64,000 nucleotides of DNA, taken from NCBI GenBank assembly GCA_963675665.1, contig OY776510.1, positions 1,120,001 through 1,184,000 of the forward strand, given 5' to 3'. The notes under the pieces are model-generated. The model had not been told where the DNA came from, made no database searches, and was given only the letters and a program-made list of their open reading frames with translations. The DNA comes from Spirochaetia bacterium. GTDB lineage: Bacteria > Spirochaetota > Spirochaetia > UBA9216. The position numbers were made by a program, and so were the translations under genes. Positions 46,207-56,388 of this stretch are shown in pieces; position 1 is the first letter of the stretch, and every line of letters starts with the position of its first letter.

Positions 46207-47445
46207 TTAAATCGGTGGAAAAAGATCGAAAAAACCATCTTTTATTTCTACCGGAAACAGGTTCGCAAGGTGCCCGGCTATCCTGCCTGTGCGATTATAA
46301 AGGATTTCTTCAAGTTTTGAAACTCCGTTGATAAACGAATCAGGAAAATTTTTATCAAATTCCTCCACAAATTTGCTTTCATAAGGTCTTGCCTCAGTCA
46401 TTTTCCGGAACAGAAAACCTTTAAAATATTCATTTACTTCTTCTTTCGGCTGTTGAAGACTGTATGCCATGAATTCATTAATAAGCAGGTAAGTATTGTT
46501 TATATCGTAGCGTCTGTAATCAAGGAGATGTTTCCAGAATTCGGTTTCTTCATCGGTAAGTTCCCCGAAAACCTTATAAATTTCAGCTTTATATTGACTG
46601 TCGGTGAAAAAAATGCCGTGAAGACATTCGTGCGTTAAAAAGCGGTATCGCCAGCTTTTTTCGGTTTCCCTTGATACCGATAATACCGCGCCGGTTCCCG
46701 GGGAAAAATCACCTTCTCCCGTTTTTCGGAGAATTCCATGGTCCAAAAGAATATCGCGAAGTTCGAGTTCTTCATTGTTCAGTCTGAAACCGGTGTTTTC
46801 GGCTTTATTGAAGAAGTCGGCAAGATCTTCCGGTTTATAATCATGGGCATTCCAGCCGTGTTTCCCTTCAAGTTCGGTATTTGGTACCAGTCTGCCGGTG
46901 TAGCCGGGTTTTTCAACAAAGAACGCGAGACGTTTGAATAATCTTGCCTGAACATTATAATCGGAAGTATCAAAAATCAGAACTTCAGGAATTATATTCC
47001 AGCTGTAGACAATCCAGTCCCGGCCGTCAGCCGGTCGAAAATCGGAAAAAATAATATGACCGATGTCGGCCGGCAAAGGCGCCTGCCCGGAAGAAATAAC
47101 CGTTTTGCGGGCGGATGTCAGGTCAAAACCCTTACCGGAGTCCCTGATTATAATTTTTGACGGTGTTAATTCTGTAAGGCTTTTGTAAAGAAATATTTTT
47201 TCAGGATTCGGACCTGCGAAAAAATTAAAAATTCTTGACCCGGTTCCGTCGGTTAATTCTATCTCGGCTTCGCCTTTAAGGCTGAGCTCGATGTATGTAT
47301 GTTCAGCCGTCTCCTCACCGTCCAAAAGAAGCTCGGTTCGGCCGTTGAGCTGAAGGATTGTTATTCCTTCGGCAGAAAGGGCTGACGGAGTAAAAATATT
47401 GAGCAAGAACAGCGCTGAAGTTAAAATAAATTTTAGATATTCCAC
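46207..47445 (-). CDS. Secreted hypothetical protein with an HExxH motif
   Basis: Probable GTG start at 47445 giving a signal peptide; RLAFFVEK.G, GWNAHDY, FLTHECLHGIFF, INEFMAY. Confidence 0.7.
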   Translation of the reverse strand: MEYLKFILTSALFLLNIFTPSALSAEGITILQLNGRTELLLDGEETAEHTYIELSLKGEAEIELTDGTGSRIFNFFAGPNPEKIFLYKSLTELTPSKIIIRDSGKGFDLTSARKTVISSGQAPLPADIGHIIFSDFRPADGRDWIVYSWNIIPEVLIFDTSDYNVQARLFKRLAFFVEKPGYTGRLVPNTELEGKHGWNAHDYKPEDLADFFNKAENTGFRLNNEELELRDILLDHGILRKTGEGDFSPGTGAVLSVSRETEKSWRYRFLTHECLHGIFFTDSQYKAEIYKVFGELTDEETEFWKHLLDYRRYDINNTYLLINEFMAYSLQQPKEEVNEYFKGFLFRKMTEARPYESKFVEEFDKNFPDSFINGVSKLEEILYNRTGRIAGHLANLFPVEIKDGFFDLFPPI

Positions 47446-47512
47446 GCTGAAACAATAACATTTCTTGCATTTAGTTGAAAGTGTTTTTATACTGAGTTCT
47501 GGAGGCTGATGT

Positions 47513-47869
47513 ATGGAAAACAAGATACGTAAATATCTTAAAATTCTTAAAATTGAACTTGAAGATTTAATAGATGATCTGGAATTTAGCGAAAATGTTA
47601 TGGCTAAGCGTTTTAAAGAGCATGAAATAACCGAATATGTCTTTCTTGAGAATATCGGGCTCCTGAAAAAGGAAATTTTAGGTATAGAAAAGATTCAGCG
47701 GATGATTAACGATTCGAAAGAGAATATACATTCAATAGAGGAACTTAAAGCTGTGGTTGAGAACTATCTTCATAATGAAATAAAATCTGCAGGTTTGCCA
47801 AATGTTGTGTTTCTCCTGGTTAACAGAAAGCTGGATAAGGTGAGCAAGTATATGGCCTTGAACGAATAG
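47513..47869 (+). CDS. Hypothetical helical protein
   Basis: TTGCAT-N17-TATACT promoter and GGAGG SD upstream; 118-aa amphipathic ORF. Confidence 0.72.
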   Translation: MENKIRKYLKILKIELEDLIDDLEFSENVMAKRFKEHEITEYVFLENIGLLKKEILGIEKIQRMINDSKENIHSIEELKAVVENYLHNEIKSAGLPNVVFLLVNRKLDKVSKYMALNE

Positions 47870-47929
47870 GTTTTCTATACAGAATTCATATAATTTTAAC
47901 CGGAAGTTTTTGAATTCCAACAGATTATA

Positions 47930-48748
47930 ATGTATAGTGAACAATCTGGTATGGAAGAAAAAGAATTATTTTGCGGACTATCGGCAATTGCCGTCAAAGC
48001 CGGAGATGCAATTATGAGAGTGTATTCCGGCGAAATAGAAGTTGAACTGAAGGATGATAACTCGCCGCTGACAGCAGCCGATCGTGCTTCGCATGATATT
48101 ATCATGGACGGACTTGGCAGTATGAAATACCGCGACAGTTCTGTGCCGATAATCTCCGAAGAAGGGGAAATTCCGCATTACGGGGTGCGTCGGAAGTGGA
48201 AAAGGTTCTGGTTAATTGACCCGCTGGACGGGACCAGGGAATTTGTTAATAAACGGGATGAGTTTACTGTAAATATTGCATTAATGGAAAACAACAAGCC
48301 CCTGCTGGGCCTTGTATATCTTCCGGTAAGGAAGGTGTTGTATTTCGGAGGGGCGTCTGTGGGAACCTGGCGTGCAGAAGGTTCCGATTTGAAGCTTGAG
48401 AATGCAGAGAAACTTCCGTTGAAGATTGAGCATGATCCCGGGGTTCTGAGGGCGGCAGGAAGCCGTTCGCACAGAAGCGAAAAATATAAAAACTGGCTTG
48501 AAGCAGAGGCTGAAAGACGCGGATGCAGAAGCATCGACATTGTTACAGCCGGAAGCAGTTTGAAATTTTGCCTTGTTGCCGAGGGAGCAGTTGATATCTA
48601 TCCGAGATTCGGGCCTACAATGGAATGGGACACCGCCGCGGCCCATGCTGTTGTTGAAGGCGCCGGAAAACGGTGTACCGATCCGGACGGCGGCAGCCTG
48701 CTTTACAATAAAAAAGTTATGCGACATGAAGGGTTTATTGTATTCTAG
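47930..48748 (+). CDS. cysQ: 3'(2'),5'-bisphosphate nucleotidase CysQ
   Basis: KDDNSPLTAAD, ISEEG, WLIDPLDGTREF, GSSLKFCLVAEG, EWDTAA; start could be 47951. Confidence 0.94.
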   Translation: MYSEQSGMEEKELFCGLSAIAVKAGDAIMRVYSGEIEVELKDDNSPLTAADRASHDIIMDGLGSMKYRDSSVPIISEEGEIPHYGVRRKWKRFWLIDPLDGTREFVNKRDEFTVNIALMENNKPLLGLVYLPVRKVLYFGGASVGTWRAEGSDLKLENAEKLPLKIEHDPGVLRAAGSRSHRSEKYKNWLEAEAERRGCRSIDIVTAGSSLKFCLVAEGAVDIYPRFGPTMEWDTAAAHAVVEGAGKRCTDPDGGSLLYNKKVMRHEGFIVF

Positions 48749-48756
48749 GGGGAATA

Positions 48757-49704
48757 ATGGCCGTTAGCCGAAAGCATTGCATCTTTTTAAGTTCAACCGG
48801 CCGGACCGGCACAAAATTCTTTGGGGAAACGATGTCCACAATGATCCGGGACTGTGTATCGGTCCATGAGCCGGATACGACGAGGGTAACAAAGCCCCGC
48901 GACTGGATCAAAAAGATGGCCAGGTTCGGCGCGCCTAAAATGCTCTGGGGACAGTACCGTGAATGTTACAGTTTCGGAAAACTTTCAACAACACGGCACC
49001 GCGGTATTACAAAAGATAAAAAGGCCGGACAATTTATTATTGACAACCGGCTTGAATATATTGAGCATTTCAGAAAAAATCTTTATATAGAATCAAATCA
49101 TATTGTCTACGGTGTTCTGGATCTGATAACGGAACTTTTTCCGAATTCCAAAGTAATATGGATAATGCGCGATCCGCGAACCTGGATAAGAAGCGCGATA
49201 AATTCATATGCGTATCCTCTTTATGGAATTTGGGACTGGAATGCACTGAATTTAAGCGTCAGGGCCTATAATTTTCCTGAGGATCCTTCAGCGGTCAAAT
49301 GGAAAAATATGTCCAAATTTGAAAAGTACTGCTGGTATTATTCCAATATCAACAACAGGGCTTTTGAACTGATGCAGAAGGTTCCAGACTGCAGAATTTT
49401 CAGATATGAGGACCTGTTCAACAAAAAAGAAAGAGATCATTATTTTAATGAAATGCTTGAATATGCAACCGTGTTCAACGACGGTTTCAGGGCTGATTAT
49501 AATTATATGCCCGAGCTTCTGAATGTAAAAATCCATGCCGCCGCAAGCAAACGCCGCCTTTCAAAATGGGAAAACTGGAATGATACTCTTGTAAAAATAA
49601 TGGACTACCATTGCGGCGATCTGATGCAGCGTTTCAATTACGGTAATGAACCGCAATGGCAGGAGAAACTTGACCGGATTGGTTCGGTCAGATACAAAGA
49701 GTAA
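48757..49704 (+). CDS. PAPS-dependent sulfotransferase family protein
   Basis: 5'-PSB loop STGRTGTKF, HEP, 3'-PB RDPRTWIRS, RYEDL; directly after cysQ. Confidence 0.85.
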   Translation: MAVSRKHCIFLSSTGRTGTKFFGETMSTMIRDCVSVHEPDTTRVTKPRDWIKKMARFGAPKMLWGQYRECYSFGKLSTTRHRGITKDKKAGQFIIDNRLEYIEHFRKNLYIESNHIVYGVLDLITELFPNSKVIWIMRDPRTWIRSAINSYAYPLYGIWDWNALNLSVRAYNFPEDPSAVKWKNMSKFEKYCWYYSNINNRAFELMQKVPDCRIFRYEDLFNKKERDHYFNEMLEYATVFNDGFRADYNYMPELLNVKIHAAASKRRLSKWENWNDTLVKIMDYHCGDLMQRFNYGNEPQWQEKLDRIGSVRYKE

Positions 49705-51451
49705 ATTCCGAACCTTTTCCGGGAGCGCTTTTCAGACTGATACTTCCGTTATGGGTCAGAGCTATATGTTTAACAATTGACAGCCCCAGACCGGTTCCCC
49801 CGGAGTTTCTGCTTCTTGCCTTGTCTACTCTGTAAAAACGTTCAAATATTCTGGATTGCTGGTCGTCCGGAATCCCGCACCCCTGATCCTTTACAATGAT
49901 GCAGGTTTTTCCGTCATCACCCGGGCCGGCTTTTATCTTTATTACAGTACCGTTTTCACTGTATTTAACGGCGTTGTCAACAAGATTTATTACAGCCTGT
50001 TCCGCAAGAAGCGGGTAAACCTTCATTACAAGATTATCATCGCATTCGATTCTGATGCTTATATCTTTTTCTTCAGCAAGGGTTTCGCTGCCGGAAACGG
50101 CGCTGGTTATAAGGTCAATTGCCGGGATCTCTTCAAGTGACAGTGTATCGGTATCATTTTTTTCTATACCGGACAGAAAAAGCAAATCATTGATAATTGC
50201 TTCTACTCTCAGAGAATGCTTTTCAATAATCTTGAGAAATTCATTAGTTTTTTCAGATGATTTATCAGGCAGGTCCAGCAATGTTTCTACATACCCCTTA
50301 ATCATCGTTACGGGTGTTTTAAGTTCATGAGATACATTGGCCACGAAATCTTTTCTCATTTGTTCCAGGTTTTTGGTTCTGGTGATATCATGCATTACCA
50401 GAAGCAGGGCGGTTACATTCTCTCCCGAACTGTCGAAAAGTACCGTGCCGTGCATTTCCAGGTGTACAGGTTTCGGCAGGCTAAGGGTAATTACCTGTTC
50501 GCGCGAAACACCCTGTTTTACCAGGCTTTCGGCAAAATTGTTAAAATCCGAATTCATAAAAAGTTCTATTATGCTTTTACCCTGATCTTCACTGTCCCTG
50601 ATGCTGAAAAGCTTTTCAGCAGCACCGTTTATTCGCAGAATATGCAGGTTCTCATCGGTAAAGATCACAGGCTCCGTCATGTTGTCGAGAATTTTTCGCA
50701 GTTCGTTCTTCTGCTCCTCGGTTGTCTCTATTCTTTCCTTAAGCTGGACCCCCATGGCGTTAAGATCGTCCGCTATTTCAGCAATCTCCTCGGGACTTGA
50801 AATCATCAGCTGTTCACTGAAATTTCCGGCGGCATAATGTCTGGAGGTAACTTTTATTTTATTTATTAACTGACTTACCCTTCGTGCTACGAGAAAACTG
50901 ATCCAGATTGCAAGCCCCAGGGCTATAAAACAGATAACCAGTGTCGTTCTTGTAATACGGTTTATTCGCGTATCGATATCGGCAAGCGATCTGGCAAGCC
51001 GGATTGTTCCTGAGCCGCCGTCGGTAAAGTTTATTTTAACAGCGGCATACATCATCTCGTGGGCCATTGTCGCCGAGTTCCGGACCGAAGAACCGACCCC
51101 GTCTTTAATTGCATTTCTGATTTCCGGCCGGTCCTCATGATTATTCATGTCGGCAGGATTGTTATGAGAATCAGCAATTACGGTTCCGTCTTCGCCGATT
51201 ACCGTAATCCTGAGTGTTGTTGAATCGGCTGTTCTTCTGACTAATCCGGCAAGGTCGGTATTATCTTCTGAACCGCATTCGGGTAAAAGGTTTTTCAGCA
51301 AGGTGCAGCTTTCAATCAGGTAATGCTCGGTTTCCGAATAAAAGAAATCCCTGAAACTCCGGATGTTGAATATTGTCAGAGGCACAATTGCAATCAGAAC
51401 CATTGCTATAAGAACAAGAAATGTCAGGTTGAAAAGGGGTCTTTTTTTCAT
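49688..51451 (-). CDS. phoR: Phosphate regulon sensor kinase (HAMP-PAS-HisKA)
   Basis: NHEDRPEI periplasmic motif, DFVANVSHELKTP, RIFERFYRVDKARSR..GGTGLGL; in the pst-pho operon. Confidence 0.92.
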   Translation of the reverse strand: MKKRPLFNLTFLVLIAMVLIAIVPLTIFNIRSFRDFFYSETEHYLIESCTLLKNLLPECGSEDNTDLAGLVRRTADSTTLRITVIGEDGTVIADSHNNPADMNNHEDRPEIRNAIKDGVGSSVRNSATMAHEMMYAAVKINFTDGGSGTIRLARSLADIDTRINRITRTTLVICFIALGLAIWISFLVARRVSQLINKIKVTSRHYAAGNFSEQLMISSPEEIAEIADDLNAMGVQLKERIETTEEQKNELRKILDNMTEPVIFTDENLHILRINGAAEKLFSIRDSEDQGKSIIELFMNSDFNNFAESLVKQGVSREQVITLSLPKPVHLEMHGTVLFDSSGENVTALLLVMHDITRTKNLEQMRKDFVANVSHELKTPVTMIKGYVETLLDLPDKSSEKTNEFLKIIEKHSLRVEAIINDLLFLSGIEKNDTDTLSLEEIPAIDLITSAVSGSETLAEEKDISIRIECDDNLVMKVYPLLAEQAVINLVDNAVKYSENGTVIKIKAGPGDDGKTCIIVKDQGCGIPDDQQSRIFERFYRVDKARSRNSGGTGLGLSIVKHIALTHNGSISLKSAPGKGSEFTLCI

Positions 51452-51458
51452 ATTGGTT

Positions 51459-52148
51459 CTACTCGCTTTTAATCCTGTAGCCCACACCCCTGACTGTTTC
51501 AATAAACCGTCCCTGGCTTCCAAGCTTTTTTCTTATACCTAGAATCTGTACGTCAACAGAACGTTCGGTGACCGGGTAATTCTGCCCTCTGACGGCGTCT
51601 ATTATCTGGTTGCGAGAGAACACCCATCCGGGGTTGGAAGCCAGATGGTATAAAATAGCGAATTCAGTAGCGGACAGGTTAATGCTCTCTTCATTAACCG
51701 TAACTTCATGTCTTTTAATATTTATTCTTATGTTATGAATTCTTATATCCATTGTCTCATTCTCTTCAGTATTGCTGTTGCGTCTGAGAACGGCTCTTAG
51801 TCTGGCAAGCAGGACCCGCGGACTGAACGGCTTGGTAATATAATCTTCTGCCCCCAGTTCCAGGCCGGATATTACATCGGAGTCCTCCGACTTTGCCGTA
51901 AGCATGATGATCGGAATGTTCTTGGTGGAATCTTCGCGTTTAAGTACGCGGCAGACGTTTAGTCCGTCTATATCCGGAAGCATTATATCCAGAAGAACAA
52001 GATCCGGCTCTTTCTTTCGGGCCAGTTCTATTCCTTCATTTCCGCACGGAGCCTTTATGACGTTATAGCCTTCGATCTCAAGATTATAGGATATCAGTTC
52101 CCTTATATCATGTTCGTCTTCAATGACCAGTATTTTTTCTCCAGGCAA
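51459..52148 (-). CDS. phoB: Phosphate regulon response regulator
   Basis: REC plus OmpR winged helix (ERSVDVQI..IRKKL, IETVRGVGY); TTG start after GGGAGG. Confidence 0.9.
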   Translation of the reverse strand: MPGEKILVIEDEHDIRELISYNLEIEGYNVIKAPCGNEGIELARKKEPDLVLLDIMLPDIDGLNVCRVLKREDSTKNIPIIMLTAKSEDSDVISGLELGAEDYITKPFSPRVLLARLRAVLRRNSNTEENETMDIRIHNIRINIKRHEVTVNEESINLSATEFAILYHLASNPGWVFSRNQIIDAVRGQNYPVTERSVDVQILGIRKKLGSQGRFIETVRGVGYRIKSE

Positions 52149-52198
52149 ATTATTCCTCCCGACTGAAACCCGCCGCAGGCGGCGGCAAAATGACGTGC

Positions 52199-52861
52199 TT
52201 ACAGTTCGACATGCTCACCCGTTTTTGAGTAAATGACCCATTCGCAGACATTGGTTATATGATCTCCGAGCCTTTCCAGAAAACGCGCAAGAAAGATCAG
52301 CTGTGTAGCCTGTTCAATGTCAGCTTCGTTGTCCCTGTTCATGTATTTCAGCATTTTTTTCAGTAGTTTTTTATGAAGCTTGTCAAGAATATCGTCTCTT
52401 GACGCAACTTCCCGGGCCAGGTCGACATCATAATTAACAAAAGCAGTAAGCGCATCCTTCAGCATCTGCCGTGCTGTTGCCCCTGCTTCAGGGATCTGCT
52501 GCAACGGCGTAATATAAGTCTCGCTGGACAGGCGTTTGGCGCCTTCGGCAATATGAACGGCATAATCGCCGGCTCGTTCGAGGTCCGTTATGATCCTGAT
52601 TGCTCCGGTAAGATGGCGCAGGTCGGTTGCAACAGGCTGTTCTGTTGCAAGGATAATCGATACCCTGTCGAAAAGTTCCAGTTCGAGTTCATTAATTCGT
52701 TCGTCTCCGTTAATCACTTCATCTGCAAGTATGTCGTTCTGATCCTTTAGAGAATCAATTGCTTTTTTAAGCGCTTCTTCCACGTATACTCCCATTTTGA
52801 GGATCTGTTCGTTGAGTTCTCCCATTGTTTTTGAAAAATGTATTCTTGATCTTGTGCTCAT
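52199..52861 (-). CDS. phoU: Phosphate signalling protein PhoU
   Basis: QPVATDLR...DLERAGD and LERLGDHITNVCE duplicated motifs. Confidence 0.96.
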   Translation of the reverse strand: MSTRSRIHFSKTMGELNEQILKMGVYVEEALKKAIDSLKDQNDILADEVINGDERINELELELFDRVSIILATEQPVATDLRHLTGAIRIITDLERAGDYAVHIAEGAKRLSSETYITPLQQIPEAGATARQMLKDALTAFVNYDVDLAREVASRDDILDKLHKKLLKKMLKYMNRDNEADIEQATQLIFLARFLERLGDHITNVCEWVIYSKTGEHVEL

Positions 52862-52877
52862 TTATTACTCCGCTTTT

Positions 52878-53633
52878 TCAACCGAATCTGCCTGATATAT
52901 AATCTTCAGTCTTTTTGCTCTTTGGATTAAAGAAGATAGTTTCGGTTGCATCCATCTCTTCAAGGTATCCGTGCAGGAAAAATGCTGTAGAATCCGAAAT
53001 ACGTCCGGCCTGCTGCATGTTATGCGTTACTATTATTATTGTATAATCTTTTTTCAGCTCGTCAATCAAATCTTCTATTCTTGAAGTGGAAACAGGATCA
53101 AGCGCTGATGTGGGTTCGTCCATCAGGATTACATCAGGCTCAACCGCCAGCACTCGCGCAATGCACAGCCGCTGCTGCTGGCCGCCTGAAAGGCCGAGCG
53201 CAGGTTTGTTCAGCCTGTCTTTTACCTCTTCCCAGATTGCCGCCCTGGTAAGGCTTTTTTCCACTATCTGATCAAGCACCCTGCGGTTTCTGATCCCGTG
53301 TATTCTTGGGCCGTATGCTATATTGTCGTATATCGACATCGCAAACGGGTTGGGCGCCTGGAAGACCATTCCGATTTTTTTTCTCAGTTCGATTATATCG
53401 TATTTACCGTAGACATCTTCTCCGTCGTAAAGAATTGTTCCGACTACCTTTGAGCCGTCCACAAGGTCATTCATGCGGTTCAGGGTTTTGAGAAATGTGG
53501 ATTTCCCGCAGCCCGAAGGTCCGATAAGCGCGGTAACCTTGTTTTCTTCAACTTCCATTGACACATTGTGAAGCGCTTTAAAATCGCCGTAATAAAAATC
53601 AAGCGTTTTGATAGATAGCTTGTTTGTCTTCAT
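52878..53633 (-). CDS. pstB: Phosphate ABC transporter ATPase
   Basis: [47 protein letters not shown]. Confidence 0.97.
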   Translation of the reverse strand: MKTNKLSIKTLDFYYGDFKALHNVSMEVEENKVTALIGPSGCGKSTFLKTLNRMNDLVDGSKVVGTILYDGEDVYGKYDIIELRKKIGMVFQAPNPFAMSIYDNIAYGPRIHGIRNRRVLDQIVEKSLTRAAIWEEVKDRLNKPALGLSGGQQQRLCIARVLAVEPDVILMDEPTSALDPVSTSRIEDLIDELKKDYTIIIVTHNMQQAGRISDSTAFFLHGYLEEMDATETIFFNPKSKKTEDYISGRFG

Positions 53634-53635
53634 AT

Positions 53636-55285
53636 TCAGTATTTCCTTACTACAAGTTTGGTTGAGACTACATTTACAAAAAGAACGATGACAATCAGAA
53701 TTGTAGCCGTTGCAAAAGCCCTGTCGAAAGATATCCCCTCTTTTACAAGCTGGTAGAGGTGCGTAGACAGAACCCTTGCCGATGTTGAAAGATTTTCGAC
53801 CCTGCGGTAATCAAATCCCATTGTGAATAACAGCGCGGCAGTTTCTCCTACAGCTCGACCTATTGCAAGTATTACGCCGGTCAGGATTCCGGGGGCGGCC
53901 GCAGGAATGACAACCTTGTAAATGGTTTGCCATTTGCCGGCGCCGAGGGCCAGGCTTCCCGCCCTGAAGGATTTCGGAACTGCTTTGATCGCCTCTTCCG
54001 ACGTTCGAACTATCGTCGGAAGTATCATCAATGTCAGGGTAAGGGTTCCGGATAAAAGACCAATTCCCAGATGCATGGCCCCGACAAAAACAATAAAACC
54101 GAACAGACCGAATATAATCGACGGAATCCCCGCCAGCGTTTCAGTACCGAGACGAAGTATTTTGACAAGAGTTCCCTGCCTGGCGTATTCCGTGAGGTAT
54201 ACCGCCGCACCGATTCCAAGCGGTGTTGAGAACAGAACGGTCAGAATAACCATATAAAGAGTATTTATAATTATTGATGAAATGCCGCCGACCCGGCCGG
54301 CACGTTTGGGTTCTTCAAAGAGAAACCACATCTGCAGATTCCGGCCGGTCTGTCTGAACTGGTATTTAAGAAGGCTGATATTGCGGCTTTCCGCTTCCGG
54401 TTTCATTATCAGGCCGATACTGCCCGGATAATTGTTTATTCTTTCGTAATAATCGGTTGAATATTCCGTTTTCACAGCTGATTCAGGAATCTGGTCCGGT
54501 GTAATTCCGGCGAGATCAAGATAGGCTCCATATTCGTAACTGCCAGCAGGCGGAATAATCAATCTTAGCGGCAGGTCTATTCCCTCTGCGTCCTTCCAGT
54601 TTGATATTTCACCACGAAGAATCCTTTTTAACAGGGGACCGTCGATAAATCGGAGTTTTTTATTGTTTCTTATTTCAAAAACCGAAGGATGCACACCGAT
54701 AGAAAGGGGCCTTATCAGTACGGGATTAACGTCATAACCTTCTATTTTGGCGGCTTCTGCCGCAGGTATTAACCCGAAAGAACCTTCCTGCTGTTCAACA
54801 GCCCCTGCAATCTCCTCAACAGTATTCTTGTAGGTTGTATTCTTTCCGAAACTGCCCTCCGCGTATTTCAGTACAAACGGAGAAACCTTCAAATCCTGTT
54901 CATTTATATTCCCCCAGTTTGACGGCTTGCCTTCGATCAGCGATTCAAGATCATTTATGTTTATTTCTTTTAATCTGAGACCCTTGTTTACAATCATCAG
55001 CGAATTTCCGGTATACAATTCAAGCGGTGTTTCGATGGTTCCCCTGTTGATGATCTCGCTTTCCAGAATGTTGTCAGATCTGAAACCCTTGTAAACGATG
55101 AATCCGAGAATATATACCAGGATTGCAAGCGTCAGACCGGCTGCTGCCCAGAGTATAATTGTAGCCAGATTATTGAATCCTTTTGTCTTTTTAAAGTGCG
55201 TATCAGCTTTCCGCTGCTCTTTCTTTACAAGGGCGTCAATCGATTCTTCAGTTTGGGGTGTCTGTGTTGCCAAAAGTAAGCTCAC
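53636..55285 (-). CDS. pstA: Phosphate ABC permease PstA with a large extracytoplasmic insert
   Basis: [32 protein letters not shown]-type C-terminus; about 250-aa insert after TM1. Confidence 0.93.
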   Translation of the reverse strand: MSLLLATQTPQTEESIDALVKKEQRKADTHFKKTKGFNNLATIILWAAAGLTLAILVYILGFIVYKGFRSDNILESEIINRGTIETPLELYTGNSLMIVNKGLRLKEININDLESLIEGKPSNWGNINEQDLKVSPFVLKYAEGSFGKNTTYKNTVEEIAGAVEQQEGSFGLIPAAEAAKIEGYDVNPVLIRPLSIGVHPSVFEIRNNKKLRFIDGPLLKRILRGEISNWKDAEGIDLPLRLIIPPAGSYEYGAYLDLAGITPDQIPESAVKTEYSTDYYERINNYPGSIGLIMKPEAESRNISLLKYQFRQTGRNLQMWFLFEEPKRAGRVGGISSIIINTLYMVILTVLFSTPLGIGAAVYLTEYARQGTLVKILRLGTETLAGIPSIIFGLFGFIVFVGAMHLGIGLLSGTLTLTLMILPTIVRTSEEAIKAVPKSFRAGSLALGAGKWQTIYKVVIPAAAPGILTGVILAIGRAVGETAALLFTMGFDYRRVENLSTSARVLSTHLYQLVKEGISFDRAFATATILIVIVLFVNVVSTKLVVRKY

Positions 55286-56196
55286 GCTATCTCCTTCGGG
55301 TTGCCTTTAATGATGTTTACAGACAGATTCAGAATAAGGATAAAAAGAAAGAGGACGATACTTGTAGAAAAGAGCGCGGTCATATGATCCCCGGATGCGT
55401 AACCCATATCTGTAACAATATTCATGGTCAGTGTCCTTACTTTTGAAAGCGGACCTTCCGGCATTATGGGGGCATTTCCCGCAACCATCAGGACGGCCAT
55501 TGTTTCACCGAGGGCCCGGCCCATTCCAAGAACAACGCCTGCAATGATTCCGGATTTTGCTGCCGGTAGCTGTACCCTGATTATGGTTTGCCAGCGGGTT
55601 CCTCCGAGAGCAAGCGAACCTTCTTTTATGCTTTTGGGAAGGGATGTGATTGTAACTTCAGCTATATTGATAATGGTGGGAAGCACCATTATCGCCAGAA
55701 TGATGGCTCCTGAAAGCATGCTGTAGCCCGTTCCTCCGAAGGTTTCACGAATGAATTTTGAGATTACTATTACGCCGAAAAACCCGTAGATAACCGATGG
55801 TATTCCCGCCAGAAGCTGAACTACGCTGCGCATGACTTCGACAATTCGTTTATCGGCGATTTCCGCCATGAAAACAGCAGTCATAATTCCTATAGGTACA
55901 GCCAGAATCAGCGCTCCCAGGGTTACATATATTGAACCTATTATGAAAGGGAGAATGCCGTATTCGGGATTTGTCTCATTGCTTGGAGACCAGTCGCGGC
56001 CGAACAGGAAATCTCCGACAGCAACCGTCTTAAAAAGCGGAAGCCCGCGTTGAAAGATGAAGAAAGATATAAAAAGGACGCTGATTACCGAGACCATTGC
56101 ACATATCAACAGGATTATTTCTACCGATTTCTCCTTTCGGGTTCTTCTTTTAATAGTTCTCTCTATTTCATGTATTCTTTTATCAGTATTCGCCAA
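55282..56196 (-). CDS. pstC: Phosphate ABC permease PstC
   Basis: YGILPFIIGS, LLAGIPSVIYG, GMGRALGETMAV; TTG at 56196 follows an AAGGAG SD. Confidence 0.95.
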   Translation of the reverse strand: MANTDKRIHEIERTIKRRTRKEKSVEIILLICAMVSVISVLFISFFIFQRGLPLFKTVAVGDFLFGRDWSPSNETNPEYGILPFIIGSIYVTLGALILAVPIGIMTAVFMAEIADKRIVEVMRSVVQLLAGIPSVIYGFFGVIVISKFIRETFGGTGYSMLSGAIILAIMVLPTIINIAEVTITSLPKSIKEGSLALGGTRWQTIIRVQLPAAKSGIIAGVVLGMGRALGETMAVLMVAGNAPIMPEGPLSKVRTLTMNIVTDMGYASGDHMTALFSTSIVLFLFILILNLSVNIIKGNPKEIA

Positions 56197-56243
56197 ATAT
56201 TTCTCCTTGAATTGTTCCAAAATATTAAAGAGCAATGTGTCTA

Positions 56244-56272
56244 ATGTTAAAATTGTGTTAGGTTTGTGTTAA
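56244..56272 (-). promoter_or_regulatory. Pho-box-like direct repeats upstream of pstC
   Basis: Minus strand TTAACA-N5-CTAACA-N5-TTAACA, exact 11-bp period typical of PhoB/PhoP boxes. Confidence 0.82.
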
Positions 56273-56351
56273 ATCGGCAGCCGGCTCGGCCGCATGTAAG
56301 GGTCTTACAAAAAACACTATTGAAATAGATAATAAATTTCTGCTGAACGGT

Positions 56352-56380
56352 TTGACATAATGGCGATGTAACTGGATAAT
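56352..56380 (+). promoter_or_regulatory. Sigma70 promoter of pyrG (probably leaderless)
   Basis: TTGACA-N17-GATAAT ending 8 nt before the ATG; no SD. Confidence 0.7.
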
Positions 56381-56388
56381 GAATTCAC

